From positions 46,610 through 110,609 of the forward strand of contig DATAZY010000096.1 of NCBI GenBank assembly GCA_036271795.1: 64,000 nt of DNA, read 5' to 3'. This DNA is from Galbitalea sp. GTDB taxonomy: Bacteria; Actinomycetota; Actinomycetes; Actinomycetales; Microbacteriaceae. The translations under genes were made by a program, and so were the position numbers. The notes beneath the pieces are model-generated. The model had not been told where the DNA came from. It worked only from the letters and a program-made list of their open reading frames with translations, and ran no database searches. Positions 17,457 to 26,372 of this stretch are shown here, piece by piece. Each line of letters begins with the position of its first letter. Within the stretch, counting starts at the first letter, position 1.

Positions 17457-17924
17457 GTGCGGTCCGAGGTGATTGACTTTCTCGTCGACGAGCGCGCCGT
17501 GTACGAGCACGCAGCAGAATTCGAACTTGCCAACCAAATTCTGCAGGCCGCGAGTGCGATCTACGTGATCCTGTCGATAAGCCGGAGTCCGCAGATGGCA
17601 GAGGTTTCCTCGGCGGTCGACCGGGTGCACGACCGAATTTCGGAATTGCGCGACGCTGTCGGCGGGTCAAGGTCGCCGTATCGAGCTGACCTGCGGCGCG
17701 CAACGATTTCGCTGGATCGCGCTGTCGAGGCACTTCGCCGCATCGTCGCCCCGTCCACGACACTCGACGTCAGCAGGTGCGTCCGCGCGGCAGGCGAGTG
17801 CGTAGCAAGTGCCGCTTCGTTCCTCGATCGGACACGGAACGCCTGGGGCGGGCGTAACAGGTTCATGTCCAATTGCTGCGCAACGGACATCCCGCAGGTA
17901 GCGAATCGAGGATCGATCGAATGA
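17457..17924 (+). CDS. hypothetical helical protein (155 aa)
   Basis: GAAGGAG SD before the GTG. Its stop overlaps the MBL gene start (ATGA at 17921-17924). Confidence 0.5.
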   Translation: MRSEVIDFLVDERAVYEHAAEFELANQILQAASAIYVILSISRSPQMAEVSSAVDRVHDRISELRDAVGGSRSPYRADLRRATISLDRAVEALRRIVAPSTTLDVSRCVRAAGECVASAASFLDRTRNAWGGRNRFMSNCCATDIPQVANRGSIE

Positions 17925-18790
17925 CGGACACCGACTACTCGATCTGGGTATTGGAATACGCCCATGGCGAGAGCCCGGTATCCGGTGTGCTCTATACCGA
18001 GCACAATCGCGGAACCGTGAACATGCCGTATGCCTACGTGGTTCTAAAGAGCACCGAGCGCGTCGTGATGATCGACGTTGGATACAACTACAGCAAGCAC
18101 GGCAAGACGATGGCGGATCGTTTCGGTGTCATCGATTGGCAGCCCCCCTCCGTCGTATTGGCTGAAGTCGGGGTCATGCCCGACGAGGTGACGGATGTGA
18201 TCGTGACCCACGCACACTTCGATCACTTCGGAAATTCCGAAGACTTCCCGCGCGCCACGTTCTATCTTCAAGAGCGCGAAATCACCGGATGGCTCTGGGC
18301 GTTGACGCTCCCCAAGCAGTTCATGATGCTGCAGTCGGCGCTCAACCCCGACGATGTCGTCACGGCCGCACGTCTGGCCACCGAGGGTAGGCTTCGTTTC
18401 GTCGACGGCGACGTTGACGACCTTCTTCCCGGAATCGATGTCCACGCCGCCTTCGACACTCACACATTCGGCTCGCAGTTCGTCACCGTAAAGAACCTCG
18501 GAGGAAGTGACCCGTGGATCCTGGCGGGCGACCTGGCCTACGCCTTCGAGAACGTCACCGGAATTGATGACAGCGGGATCTACATTCCGATCGGCAACGC
18601 CATCGGGAGCCAGCTGAAGCTGCTGGAGGCAACCGAGCACATGATGCAGGTTGTCGACCGCGACGCACACAGAATCATTCCAATCCACGACGACAGGCTC
18701 CCGGCGCACTTCCCTTCGAGGAAGGGGTCTACCGGCCTCAGCGTGACCGAAATCACGCTCGCACCGAACGAGGTCTCTCAGGTCAGGTAA
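17921..18790 (+). CDS. MBL-fold metallo-hydrolase (lactonase-like)
   Basis: VTHAHFDHFGN is the HxHxDH zinc motif. Size is typical of N-acyl-homoserine-lactonase-like MBLs. Confidence 0.8.
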   Translation: MTDTDYSIWVLEYAHGESPVSGVLYTEHNRGTVNMPYAYVVLKSTERVVMIDVGYNYSKHGKTMADRFGVIDWQPPSVVLAEVGVMPDEVTDVIVTHAHFDHFGNSEDFPRATFYLQEREITGWLWALTLPKQFMMLQSALNPDDVVTAARLATEGRLRFVDGDVDDLLPGIDVHAAFDTHTFGSQFVTVKNLGGSDPWILAGDLAYAFENVTGIDDSGIYIPIGNAIGSQLKLLEATEHMMQVVDRDAHRIIPIHDDRLPAHFPSRKGSTGLSVTEITLAPNEVSQVR

Positions 18791-18807
18791 CCACGCCTCA
18801 GTCGCTC

Positions 18808-19770
18808 TCAAAGGCCAGGTGCTGACCCCAGGTGCTCGCGGAGCTGAGACAGGAGTGCGTACGACTTGTCTCGATAAACGAGCAGCGCTCCGCGGTCGGA
18901 TTCAGGAATGTCGAGGAACCCGGCCCCGGATTTGATGCCGAGGTTTCCCACCTTGACGAGATCGGCAAGCGCGGACGGCGCAGCGAACCGCTCCCCGTAG
19001 GCGGCCTCGAGAGTCGAGTAAGCCGAGTTGTAGACGTCCAGCCCCGCCATGTCGCCGATGGCGAACGGACCGAACAGAGCCAGGCGAAAACCAAAGGTGT
19101 TGCTCACGACCGCGTCGATCTCGGACGGTGAGGCGACAGCCTCCTCGACCATTTTGGCCGCCTCTTTGTAGAGTGCGAACTGGAGCCGATTGGCAACAAA
19201 GCCGGGTGTATCAGCGACGCGGGCGGTGATCTTTCCAAGCGACCTGATGAGAGCTTCTGCGTAGTCGACGACGCTGGAATCGGTCGCCGTGCTCGCGATG
19301 ATCTCCACGCCCGGAATGAACGGCGCCGGATTCATCCAGTGCACGCCGAGAAATCGTTCGCGCTGCGAGATTACTTCGGACAGTTGCTCAATGGGGATGG
19401 CAGACGTATTCGAGCCGATCACGCAGTCTTCGGGTACGGCGGCGGAGATCCGCTGCAGCGTCTCCCGCTTGATATCCATGACTTCGGGGACTGCCTCGGT
19501 AACGTAGTTCGCGTTCGCGACGGCCGCCTCGATCGACTCAGCCGCGGTGAGGTTCTGCGCGATGCGTTCTCTGCTTCCCGGCGTGAAGAGCCCTTGCTCC
19601 TCGAACACCTCCGCTTGATCTACAAGGCGTTCCCTCGCGTTCGCGGCAGTTTGAGCGTCAACGTCTGCCAGGGTGACGTGGTGCCCCGCGTTGGCAAAGA
19701 CCTGGGCGATTCCGCCACCCATGTAACCTGACCCGACGACGCTGGTCTCTAGAACTGAGGGGATTGACAC
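18808..19770 (-). CDS. 3-hydroxyacyl-CoA dehydrogenase family NAD-dependent dehydrogenase
   Basis: Rossmann motif VVGSGYMGGGIAQVFANAGHHVTLADV plus the C-terminal HADH domain. The GTG at 19770 follows GGGAG. The track start at 19812 would overlap the upstream SDR. Confidence 0.75.
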   Translation of the reverse strand: MSIPSVLETSVVGSGYMGGGIAQVFANAGHHVTLADVDAQTAANARERLVDQAEVFEEQGLFTPGSRERIAQNLTAAESIEAAVANANYVTEAVPEVMDIKRETLQRISAAVPEDCVIGSNTSAIPIEQLSEVISQRERFLGVHWMNPAPFIPGVEIIASTATDSSVVDYAEALIRSLGKITARVADTPGFVANRLQFALYKEAAKMVEEAVASPSEIDAVVSNTFGFRLALFGPFAIGDMAGLDVYNSAYSTLEAAYGERFAAPSALADLVKVGNLGIKSGAGFLDIPESDRGALLVYRDKSYALLSQLREHLGSAPGL

Positions 19771-19783
19771 GTGGCTCCCGCTT

Positions 19784-20530
19784 TCATCGGATTGTGTAGC
19801 CGCCGTCGACAACGAGCGTGTGCCCGGTCACCAATGCGGCCGCGTCGCTAAGGAGAAATGCGACGGTGCCCGCGACATCCTCGGGCTCGCCGAATCGGCC
19901 GATAGGAATTCGGCTGAGCAGCTCGGCTGCCCACTCGGGTCGGCTGAGCGTCGATTCGGTCAATTCCGTTCGCACGAAAGTCGGTGCGACGGCATTCACC
20001 CGTATTCCTGCTGTGGCCCACTCCAGCGCCAAAATCTTGGTCAGGTGGATCATCCCGGCCTTGCTCGCGCCGTAGGCTGCACGCTCTTCGATCGCGACGA
20101 TTCCGGCCTGCGAAGCGACGTTCACGATGGCGGCCAGTCTGTTGTTCTGGATCCAGCCTCGAGCGAGTTCCGTCGAGAGAAAGAATGTGCCGCGGAGATT
20201 CGTGTTGAAGACAAGGTCCCAGTCCTCTTCCGTGACCTCGAGCGCAGATTTCGGGATGTTGATCCCGGCGTTGTTGACGAGCAAATCGATGGCGATGTTC
20301 TTGCCTGTCATGGTGCGAACCGTGTTTCGGATTGACTGCGTGTTGCCGAGTTCCATGACCACGGGAATCGTGCCGTACCGCCCCGCAATCGTCTGAGCGG
20401 TCTTACCATCGCGGCTGCTCCCGTACACGGTGACACCTTGCGCCGCCAGGCAATCCGCGATCGCGCGCCCGAGCCCGCGACCGGCACCGGTGACGAGTGC
20501 GGTCTTGCCGGCGAGCACGTAATCAGCCAT
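19784..20530 (-). CDS. SDR family oxidoreductase
   Basis: MADYVLAGKTALVTGAGRGLGRAIA (TGxxxGxG) and YGASKAG (YxxxK). The long N-terminal extension in the track is rejected. Confidence 0.85.
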   Translation of the reverse strand: MADYVLAGKTALVTGAGRGLGRAIADCLAAQGVTVYGSSRDGKTAQTIAGRYGTIPVVMELGNTQSIRNTVRTMTGKNIAIDLLVNNAGINIPKSALEVTEEDWDLVFNTNLRGTFFLSTELARGWIQNNRLAAIVNVASQAGIVAIEERAAYGASKAGMIHLTKILALEWATAGIRVNAVAPTFVRTELTESTLSRPEWAAELLSRIPIGRFGEPEDVAGTVAFLLSDAAALVTGHTLVVDGGYTIR

Positions 20531-20541
20531 GCGCGTCGAAC

Positions 20542-21888
20542 TCAGCTCGCCGCAAACGAGTGATCGGACCACGGGAGTGCCGCGCCGGCATACTTCGCCG
20601 CTCTGACGTCTCCCGATCGCGCGTGTCCCTCGAATCGTTCGACCCGCGCAGCACGGCCGCATAACTCGCCGAGGAACACACTCGTCTCGGTGTTGGTCAC
20701 CTCCTGATAGGTGACCGTCCGGAGGTACTTCCCCACCCAGAGGCCGCCGGTGTAGCGAGCCGCGCCTCGGGTAGGAAGAACGTGGTTGGTTCCGATTACC
20801 TTGTCGCCGTAGGAAACGCACGTGCCCTCTCCGAGGAACAGTGCACCGTAATTGTGCATCTTCTCGAGAGCTTCCCGCGGCTCGCGGGTGAGAATCTGAA
20901 CGTGCTCGAAGGCGTAGTGATCCGCCAAAACATAGGCATCGTCGAGGCTCTCCACGACGTGCACCGCGCCCCAGTCGCACCAGGCAACCGCGGCATAGTC
21001 GCGAGTTGGCATGTCGACCAGAATCTTATCGATGTGCTCGATGACGGCCTTCCCGAGCGATTCGCTGGTGGTGATCAGTACCGCGGGTGAATCCGGACCG
21101 TGTTCCGCCTGCGAGAGAAGATCGATGGCAACGATGAATGGGTCAGCGTTGTCGTCGGCCACAATGAGAACCTCGGTGGGGCCAGCGAAGAGATCGATCC
21201 CCACCTCACCGAACAGCTGGCGCTTTGCCTCGGCTACGAAGGCGTTGCCGGGGCCCGCGAGCATGTTGACGGGCTTGATCGTTTCCGTGCCCACTGCCAT
21301 CGCCGCAACAGCCTGGATGCCGCCGAGCAGGTAGATTTCGTCAGCGCCGGCAAGGCGCATTGCCGCTATTGTCGCGTCCGGAACTTCGCCGTGGATGAGC
21401 GGAGTGCAAGCAACAACCCGTTCGACCCCAGCGACCTTCGCGGTGATGATGGTCATGTGCGCGGAGGCGAGTAGTGGATACTTGCCGCCGGGAATGTAAG
21501 CGCCTGTCGCCTCAATGGGAACGTTCTTCTGTCCCAGGAAAACGCCCGGGAGCGTTTCGATTTCGAAGTCGGCAAGGGACTCGAGTTGCTTCTGCGCCAT
21601 GAAGCGAACCTGCTCCTGCACGAACACGATGTCTTCGATGACCTGCTGAGGCACCCGGGCCATGATTTCGTCGAGCTGTGCGTCAGTCAAAAGGAATGAC
21701 TCTGGCGCGTAGTTGTCGAATTTGGAGGAGTACGCGCGAACCGCTTCATCTCCGCGCTCGCGGATATCCGCGATCACACCTTCAACGACCGCGCGGACCT
21801 CAGAAGTGCTGCCGCGTTCGGAGCCGTCCTTCGCCGGCAACTTGAGATCGCGAGTTCGAACGAGAGAACTCGAAACGGCATTCGGCAT
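20542..21888 (-). CDS. histidinol dehydrogenase family (HisD-like) 4-electron alcohol dehydrogenase
   Basis: GGAGG SD before the ATG at 21888. SQAEHGPDSPAVLITTS and the overall layout are HisD-like. No his genes are nearby, so a catabolic role is likely. Confidence 0.75.
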   Translation of the reverse strand: MPNAVSSSLVRTRDLKLPAKDGSERGSTSEVRAVVEGVIADIRERGDEAVRAYSSKFDNYAPESFLLTDAQLDEIMARVPQQVIEDIVFVQEQVRFMAQKQLESLADFEIETLPGVFLGQKNVPIEATGAYIPGGKYPLLASAHMTIITAKVAGVERVVACTPLIHGEVPDATIAAMRLAGADEIYLLGGIQAVAAMAVGTETIKPVNMLAGPGNAFVAEAKRQLFGEVGIDLFAGPTEVLIVADDNADPFIVAIDLLSQAEHGPDSPAVLITTSESLGKAVIEHIDKILVDMPTRDYAAVAWCDWGAVHVVESLDDAYVLADHYAFEHVQILTREPREALEKMHNYGALFLGEGTCVSYGDKVIGTNHVLPTRGAARYTGGLWVGKYLRTVTYQEVTNTETSVFLGELCGRAARVERFEGHARSGDVRAAKYAGAALPWSDHSFAAS

Positions 21889-21945
21889 GGGAGAACCTCC
21901 ATCTTGTTTGCGGGGCCGTCCTGCAGGGCAGGTCAACGTCCGCAA

Positions 21946-21959
21946 TGTATACGTATACA
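21946..21959. promoter_or_regulatory. perfect palindrome TGTATACGTATACA (operator)
   Basis: 14-bp perfect inverted repeat with a central CG, 58 nt upstream of the HisD-like start. Confidence 0.55.
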
Positions 21960-22013
21960 AATTCTACTGCACTTTATTCCCAGTCGGTTGGATCGTCCAC
22001 ACCCACCGCCTTC

Positions 22014-22688
22014 TTAGTAGGTGGCACGCCCCCCGCTGATGTCGTACACGGCACCCGTTGAGAAGCTCAGCTCGTCGGACGTGAGCCAAGCAACGAGGGA
22101 CGCAACTTCCTCCGGCCTGCCGACCCTGTTCATCGGGATGAGGCTCTTAATGTGAGCGAGAACCTCCGGAGCGGTGTCGTCGTTCATGGGTGTGGCGAAG
22201 ACGGCAGGGGCGATCGCATTGATGAGCACCCCGGTCTTCGCCAGCTCCTTGCCGACAGACTTCGTCAGCGCAATGACAGCCGCCTTGGATGCTGAGTAGA
22301 TCGACAGGTTCGGATTACCGTCCTTGCCCGCGATGCTGGCGATATTGACTACACGTCCCCAGCCACGTTCGACCATGCCGGGCGTGAAGCAGCGCATTGT
22401 GGCCACAGTGCCGAGTACATTCACCTTGAGGACGCTGCGCCACTCGTCAGCAGTCGTGCTCAGCAGGGGTTTGTTGGACCCAACGATTCCCGCTGAGTTG
22501 ACGAGGATGTCCACTGCTCCGATTTGCCCCGCTGCTGATCCCAGCGAGACCTCATCCGTGATGTCGACCTGGAAGTCGGCGTCGCCTGCTCGGTCGAGGG
22601 TAAATACCCGAAGACCGTCCGCAAGCAGGCGCGCCGCAATCGCTGCGCCCAGACCGCTTGCTCCTCCGGTCACTACTGCTGTCCTCAT
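22014..22688 (-). CDS. SDR family oxidoreductase
   Basis: MRTAVVTGGASGLGAAIA and YSASKAA motifs. Confidence 0.85.
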   Translation of the reverse strand: MRTAVVTGGASGLGAAIAARLLADGLRVFTLDRAGDADFQVDITDEVSLGSAAGQIGAVDILVNSAGIVGSNKPLLSTTADEWRSVLKVNVLGTVATMRCFTPGMVERGWGRVVNIASIAGKDGNPNLSIYSASKAAVIALTKSVGKELAKTGVLINAIAPAVFATPMNDDTAPEVLAHIKSLIPMNRVGRPEEVASLVAWLTSDELSFSTGAVYDISGGRATY

Positions 22689-22716
22689 TTGGTGTTCCTT
22701 TCGCTTGAACGCTTTG

Positions 22717-23577
22717 TCATCGCGGCGCAATCACGCTCTGCCGCTGCACGCCGAGGCCGTCGATACCAAGCTCCATGACGTCACCGACGCCGAGCCAGAC
22801 CTGGGGTCGAATTCCCATTCCGACCCCCGGGGGCGTGCCGGTGTTGATCAGGTCGCCCGGCTCGAGCACCATGAACTGGCTGATGTAGTGAACGAGGTAG
22901 AAGGGATCGAAAACCATGGTCGCCGTGGATCCGGTCTGTCGACGTTGACCGTCAACGTCGAGCCACATGCCCAGATTCGAGACGTCATCCACCTCGTCTG
23001 GCGTGACTAGCCATGGCCCGGCGGGGTTGAAGGTTTCCGCCGACTTGCCCTTCATCCATTGGCCGCCCCGCTCGATCTGAAACGCGCGTTCTGAGACGTC
23101 GTTGACGAGAACCCAGCCCGCGATGCATCCCGCCGCGTCCTTGACCGAATCGAGGTAGCTGGTTCGCCTGCCGATGACGATGCCGAGCTCGACTTCCCAG
23201 TCCAGCTTGGTCGCGGCCCGCGGCATGCGCACCGCGTCATTCGGGCCGACGAGGGTGTTGGGCGATTTTGTGAACAGGATGGGTTCGCTCGGAACTTCCT
23301 GGCCTGTTTCCGCGGCGTGGTCGCGGTAGTTCAGACCGACGCAGATGATCTGGTGCGGCCGCGCGATGGGCGAGCCCAGCCGCTGGGCGCCGACTTCGCG
23401 CACAGTACCAGCGGCGACTCGGTCATCAACGACCGTTCGAATCCGGTCGAGACCGCCCGAGCCGAAGAAGGCCTCGTCGAAGTCCTCGACAACGTCGGAC
23501 AGGTCGACGTAGGTGGCCTCGCCTACGAGGGCGCCGGGCTTTTCGGCGCCGGTTTCACCGATTCGGATGAGTTTCAT
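22717..23577 (-). CDS. fumarylacetoacetate hydrolase (FAH) family protein
   Basis: Typical FAH C-terminal domain (ICVGLNYRDHAAE, GTPPGVG). It resembles the 2,4-diketo-3-deoxy-sugar-acid hydrolases of non-phosphorylative pathways. Confidence 0.8.
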   Translation of the reverse strand: MKLIRIGETGAEKPGALVGEATYVDLSDVVEDFDEAFFGSGGLDRIRTVVDDRVAAGTVREVGAQRLGSPIARPHQIICVGLNYRDHAAETGQEVPSEPILFTKSPNTLVGPNDAVRMPRAATKLDWEVELGIVIGRRTSYLDSVKDAAGCIAGWVLVNDVSERAFQIERGGQWMKGKSAETFNPAGPWLVTPDEVDDVSNLGMWLDVDGQRRQTGSTATMVFDPFYLVHYISQFMVLEPGDLINTGTPPGVGMGIRPQVWLGVGDVMELGIDGLGVQRQSVIAPR

Positions 23578-23607
23578 TCGGTCCTCAGGTATGTGGTTGC
23601 GTTATGG

Positions 23608-24531
23608 TCAAGAGCCCCAGGCGGGCGGAGCCGGCAGGGAGGCGCGACTCGCGTGCGCGCGGAGAAGGCGATAGAAGGATGGGCCGGAGGGCGGAGTTGT
23701 CATGCGAAGGACGGGGAGAATCGGCAGGCCCTGCGCTATAAGGAGGAGCTTCGAACAGAGCACGGCATGGGCGAGCGTCTGCATCTCGAAGCCCAGGAGG
23801 GGCTGCAGTCGTTCGAACGCGGATTGCGCGGCTAGTGGATCCACCAGCCACAGCTCCGCAACCTGCTGCAGGGCCGCGCCGGCGTCAAGGAAGGGAATAC
23901 TACCCCGCGCGCCGAGCGCCAGACCGTCGAGCAGGCTGGTTCCGGCGAGACCCGTGTAGACGCTGAGGCCGGGCTCCGCTGTAAGTGCCGCTACCGTGTC
24001 CGCGAACGGCAATGCCTCCGGCTTCGCAAACTTCACTACGTCCGCATGCGCGCGCGCGAGGGCGCGCACCGCGGCGGCGCCCAACTCAGCGCCGCTCCAT
24101 GCCGGAGCATCCTGAACCATGAGCGCGGAATCACCGCAGTACGCGACACATAACTCCAGGAATGCGAGCGCCGCGTCCTGCGAGAGAACGTCGAGGGGTG
24201 GCGCGACCATGAGCACGGACGCGCCAGCGTCGGCGGCGTCGCGCACGAGTTCGAGCGTGGATGCGCTGGTGAGTGCCGTGCACCCCACGACGACCCGCGT
24301 TCCGCTGTCGACTCGCGCGCACACCGCGGCGGTGACCGCGCGTCGTTCCTCGTCGGAGAGCTGCAAGCATTCCGCCCCGAAGCCCAGGATCGCGATCGAT
24401 GAGAAACGTTCCGTGGCGAAGTCAACGAGTGCGCGGAGTCCGTCCATGTCGACCGCGAGCGCCTCGGTGAACGGGGTCGGGATCATCGGAACGACGACCC
24501 CGAGATCACTCGAGATGGAACACCTCCGCAA
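23608..24531 (-). CDS. dihydrodipicolinate synthase family (class I aldolase-like) protein
   Basis: DapA-family N-terminal pattern (IPTPFTE...VDMDGLRALVDF...GE..LSDEER). The start is uncertain (24531, 24498 or 24486). Confidence 0.65.
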   Translation of the reverse strand: MRRCSISSDLGVVVPMIPTPFTEALAVDMDGLRALVDFATERFSSIAILGFGAECLQLSDEERRAVTAAVCARVDSGTRVVVGCTALTSASTLELVRDAADAGASVLMVAPPLDVLSQDAALAFLELCVAYCGDSALMVQDAPAWSGAELGAAAVRALARAHADVVKFAKPEALPFADTVAALTAEPGLSVYTGLAGTSLLDGLALGARGSIPFLDAGAALQQVAELWLVDPLAAQSAFERLQPLLGFEMQTLAHAVLCSKLLLIAQGLPILPVLRMTTPPSGPSFYRLLRAHASRASLPAPPAWGS

Positions 24532-24838
24532 GCAGGGTCACCTCGTCGGAATCGGCAAAGGTAGCGGGCAACTCCATCAGCGGTGTAACCATCGCCTGCC
24601 AGGCGTCGTTGGCAGGGTCCGCCCCGAGGGATGCGATCGAGGTATCAAGATCATCGGTCTCGAAGTAGCCGAAGACCCAGTTCCCGGTGGGCCCGCCGGT
24701 GAAGAGTGAATAGTTGCGAAACCCGGCCCTGCGACACGCTTCGCGGATGCCGTCACCGAGCGGATTGCGCTGTGCATGCAGTTCGCGGTACTCCGCTTCT
24801 CTGCCCTCCCGAATCCGCATCACGAACCCCGACCGCAT
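24506..24838 (-). CDS. rhaM: L-rhamnose mutarotase family protein
   Basis: About 105 aa. The EYRELHA...R.AG..NYSLF....VFGYFE pattern is typical of RhaM. Confidence 0.75.
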   Translation of the reverse strand: MRSGFVMRIREGREAEYRELHAQRNPLGDGIREACRRAGFRNYSLFTGGPTGNWVFGYFETDDLDTSIASLGADPANDAWQAMVTPLMELPATFADSDEVTLLAEVFHLE

Positions 24839-25593
24839 CAGCCGCCCAATCCAGCGAGAGCGCCGCCATCCACCAGGATCTCGGCGCCCGTGATGTACGC
24901 GGCGTCGACACTCGACAGGAAGGCGACCGCGCCTGCGACATCCCCGGGGTTTCCGATTCGACCGAGCGGAATCCCCTTCTCATAGATCCCGCGTCTCACG
25001 GGGTCCGCAAGGAAGTTCGCGTTGAGAGCGGTATCGATTGTGCCCGGCAGAACCGAGTTGCAGCGGATCCCGTGGGGCGCGAGCGAGACCGCCAGCGATT
25101 GCATGAGCGAGACTTGTCCGGCCTTCGTCGGCGTGTAGTGCACCTGGAACCGACCACCAACATGGGCACTGATGGAACTGACTGCAACAATGGCACCGCC
25201 CCGGCCGAATTCGATCATGTGTTTCGCTCCCTCGAACACCGTGTAGAACGTGCCCGAGAGGTTTACGGCGACAGTTCTATCCCAGGTCTCAACGGTGAGC
25301 TCATCGAAGGGAACGAGGGGGCAGATGCCCGCGGCCGCGACGACCACGTCCAGCGCTCCAGTCGAGTTCGCGATGTCATCCATGACGGTTTTGACGGCGG
25401 TGGAGTCGGACACGTCAACCGGATGGGCTTCGGCGACGAAACCTTCCGCACGCAGCGCGGCCGCGGCAGCCTCGACCTCCTCTGCGGCGTCCGCGAGCAG
25501 GTGCACGGCGCACGCCTCGCTCGCGAGCCGTCTCGCTATGGCGAGACCAATCCCGCGCGACGATCCCGTAATAACCGCGGTGCGCGCGCTCAT
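24838..25593 (-). CDS. SDR family oxidoreductase
   Basis: AVITGSSRGIGLAIA and YTPTKAG motifs. Confidence 0.85.
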   Translation of the reverse strand: MSARTAVITGSSRGIGLAIARRLASEACAVHLLADAAEEVEAAAAALRAEGFVAEAHPVDVSDSTAVKTVMDDIANSTGALDVVVAAAGICPLVPFDELTVETWDRTVAVNLSGTFYTVFEGAKHMIEFGRGGAIVAVSSISAHVGGRFQVHYTPTKAGQVSLMQSLAVSLAPHGIRCNSVLPGTIDTALNANFLADPVRRGIYEKGIPLGRIGNPGDVAGAVAFLSSVDAAYITGAEILVDGGALAGLGG

Positions 25594-26372
25594 CCGATGC
25601 CTCCCGGATACTGGCCCGCAACGTCCGGGTCATAGAGAGGGATGAAGTGGGGCACGCTTCGAAACCACTCGTAGGCGTCGAGCACCTCATACATGTTCTC
25701 GATGATTCCGAGCACCCGACCTGGTTGCAGGTTCTCGCGCACGAACGCCGAGTCCGACGCAACTACCTCGCCTCCGCCCGTCGCGAACGACACTCCCATC
25801 GACGCGCGATGGTGGCCGCCCGTGAACCTGACTGACACTCCGGGCAGTATCTCCTGGTTGTCATCGAGCAGGAGGAGCCGGTCATGCGCCTCGTAGATGA
25901 GGTAGTTGAGCACCCGCGGCGGAAATACGTTCGGCGGGTAATCGTGTGGGTGCGGCTTGTACCGGGTGTCGAAGAAGAACTCCCACCCGCTGCGGAGGAT
26001 GCCAATTCGAGCGTTCTGGAAGAGCGGAAGGTTGCCGACGGTGTACGCCTGCAGCGGGGTCACGAGCACAACATCGACATCGGAGAAGCCGAGGCCCAGC
26101 GATTTCAGATGCTCCTCAAACGGTGTCTCGATGGACAGCTGGCATCGGGGGCTAACCCCTGCCGCCCACAGATCGTTGAGACGCGCGAGGTCGTCTGGCT
26201 CTGGGCCCGTGTTGACGACAACCACGTCGCCCGATTCGTTGGTCGCGATTATCACGTTGAGGGCGATTTCGTACTCGCGATCGAAGTCGGACATCCAGAA
26301 CAGTTCCGGCCCTGGGATCCCCGACCAAGTGCCGAGTCTGCAAACGTTTACTTTCCACTTGCCCGTCGTCAT
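25590..26372 (-). CDS. hypothetical protein, possibly a degenerate MBL fold
   Basis: Size and beta-rich pattern resemble an MBL. The position of HxHxDH reads VTPLQAYTVGN, so no metal motif is seen. Coupled to its neighbours by 4-nt overlaps. Confidence 0.45.
   Translation of the reverse strand: MTTGKWKVNVCRLGTWSGIPGPELFWMSDFDREYEIALNVIIATNESGDVVVVNTGPEPDDLARLNDLWAAGVSPRCQLSIETPFEEHLKSLGLGFSDVDVVLVTPLQAYTVGNLPLFQNARIGILRSGWEFFFDTRYKPHPHDYPPNVFPPRVLNYLIYEAHDRLLLLDDNQEILPGVSVRFTGGHHRASMGVSFATGGGEVVASDSAFVRENLQPGRVLGIIENMYEVLDAYEWFRSVPHFIPLYDPDVAGQYPGGIG

Noticed and set aside
19784-20980. N-terminal extensions of track ORFs (also 16134, 20542-21960, 26369-27667, 29214-30293, 44358, 47432-48910, 48429)
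   Set aside because: The extensions are low-complexity and overlap upstream genes. Internal starts with SD sequences or ATGA/GTGA coupling reproduce canonical family N-termini.
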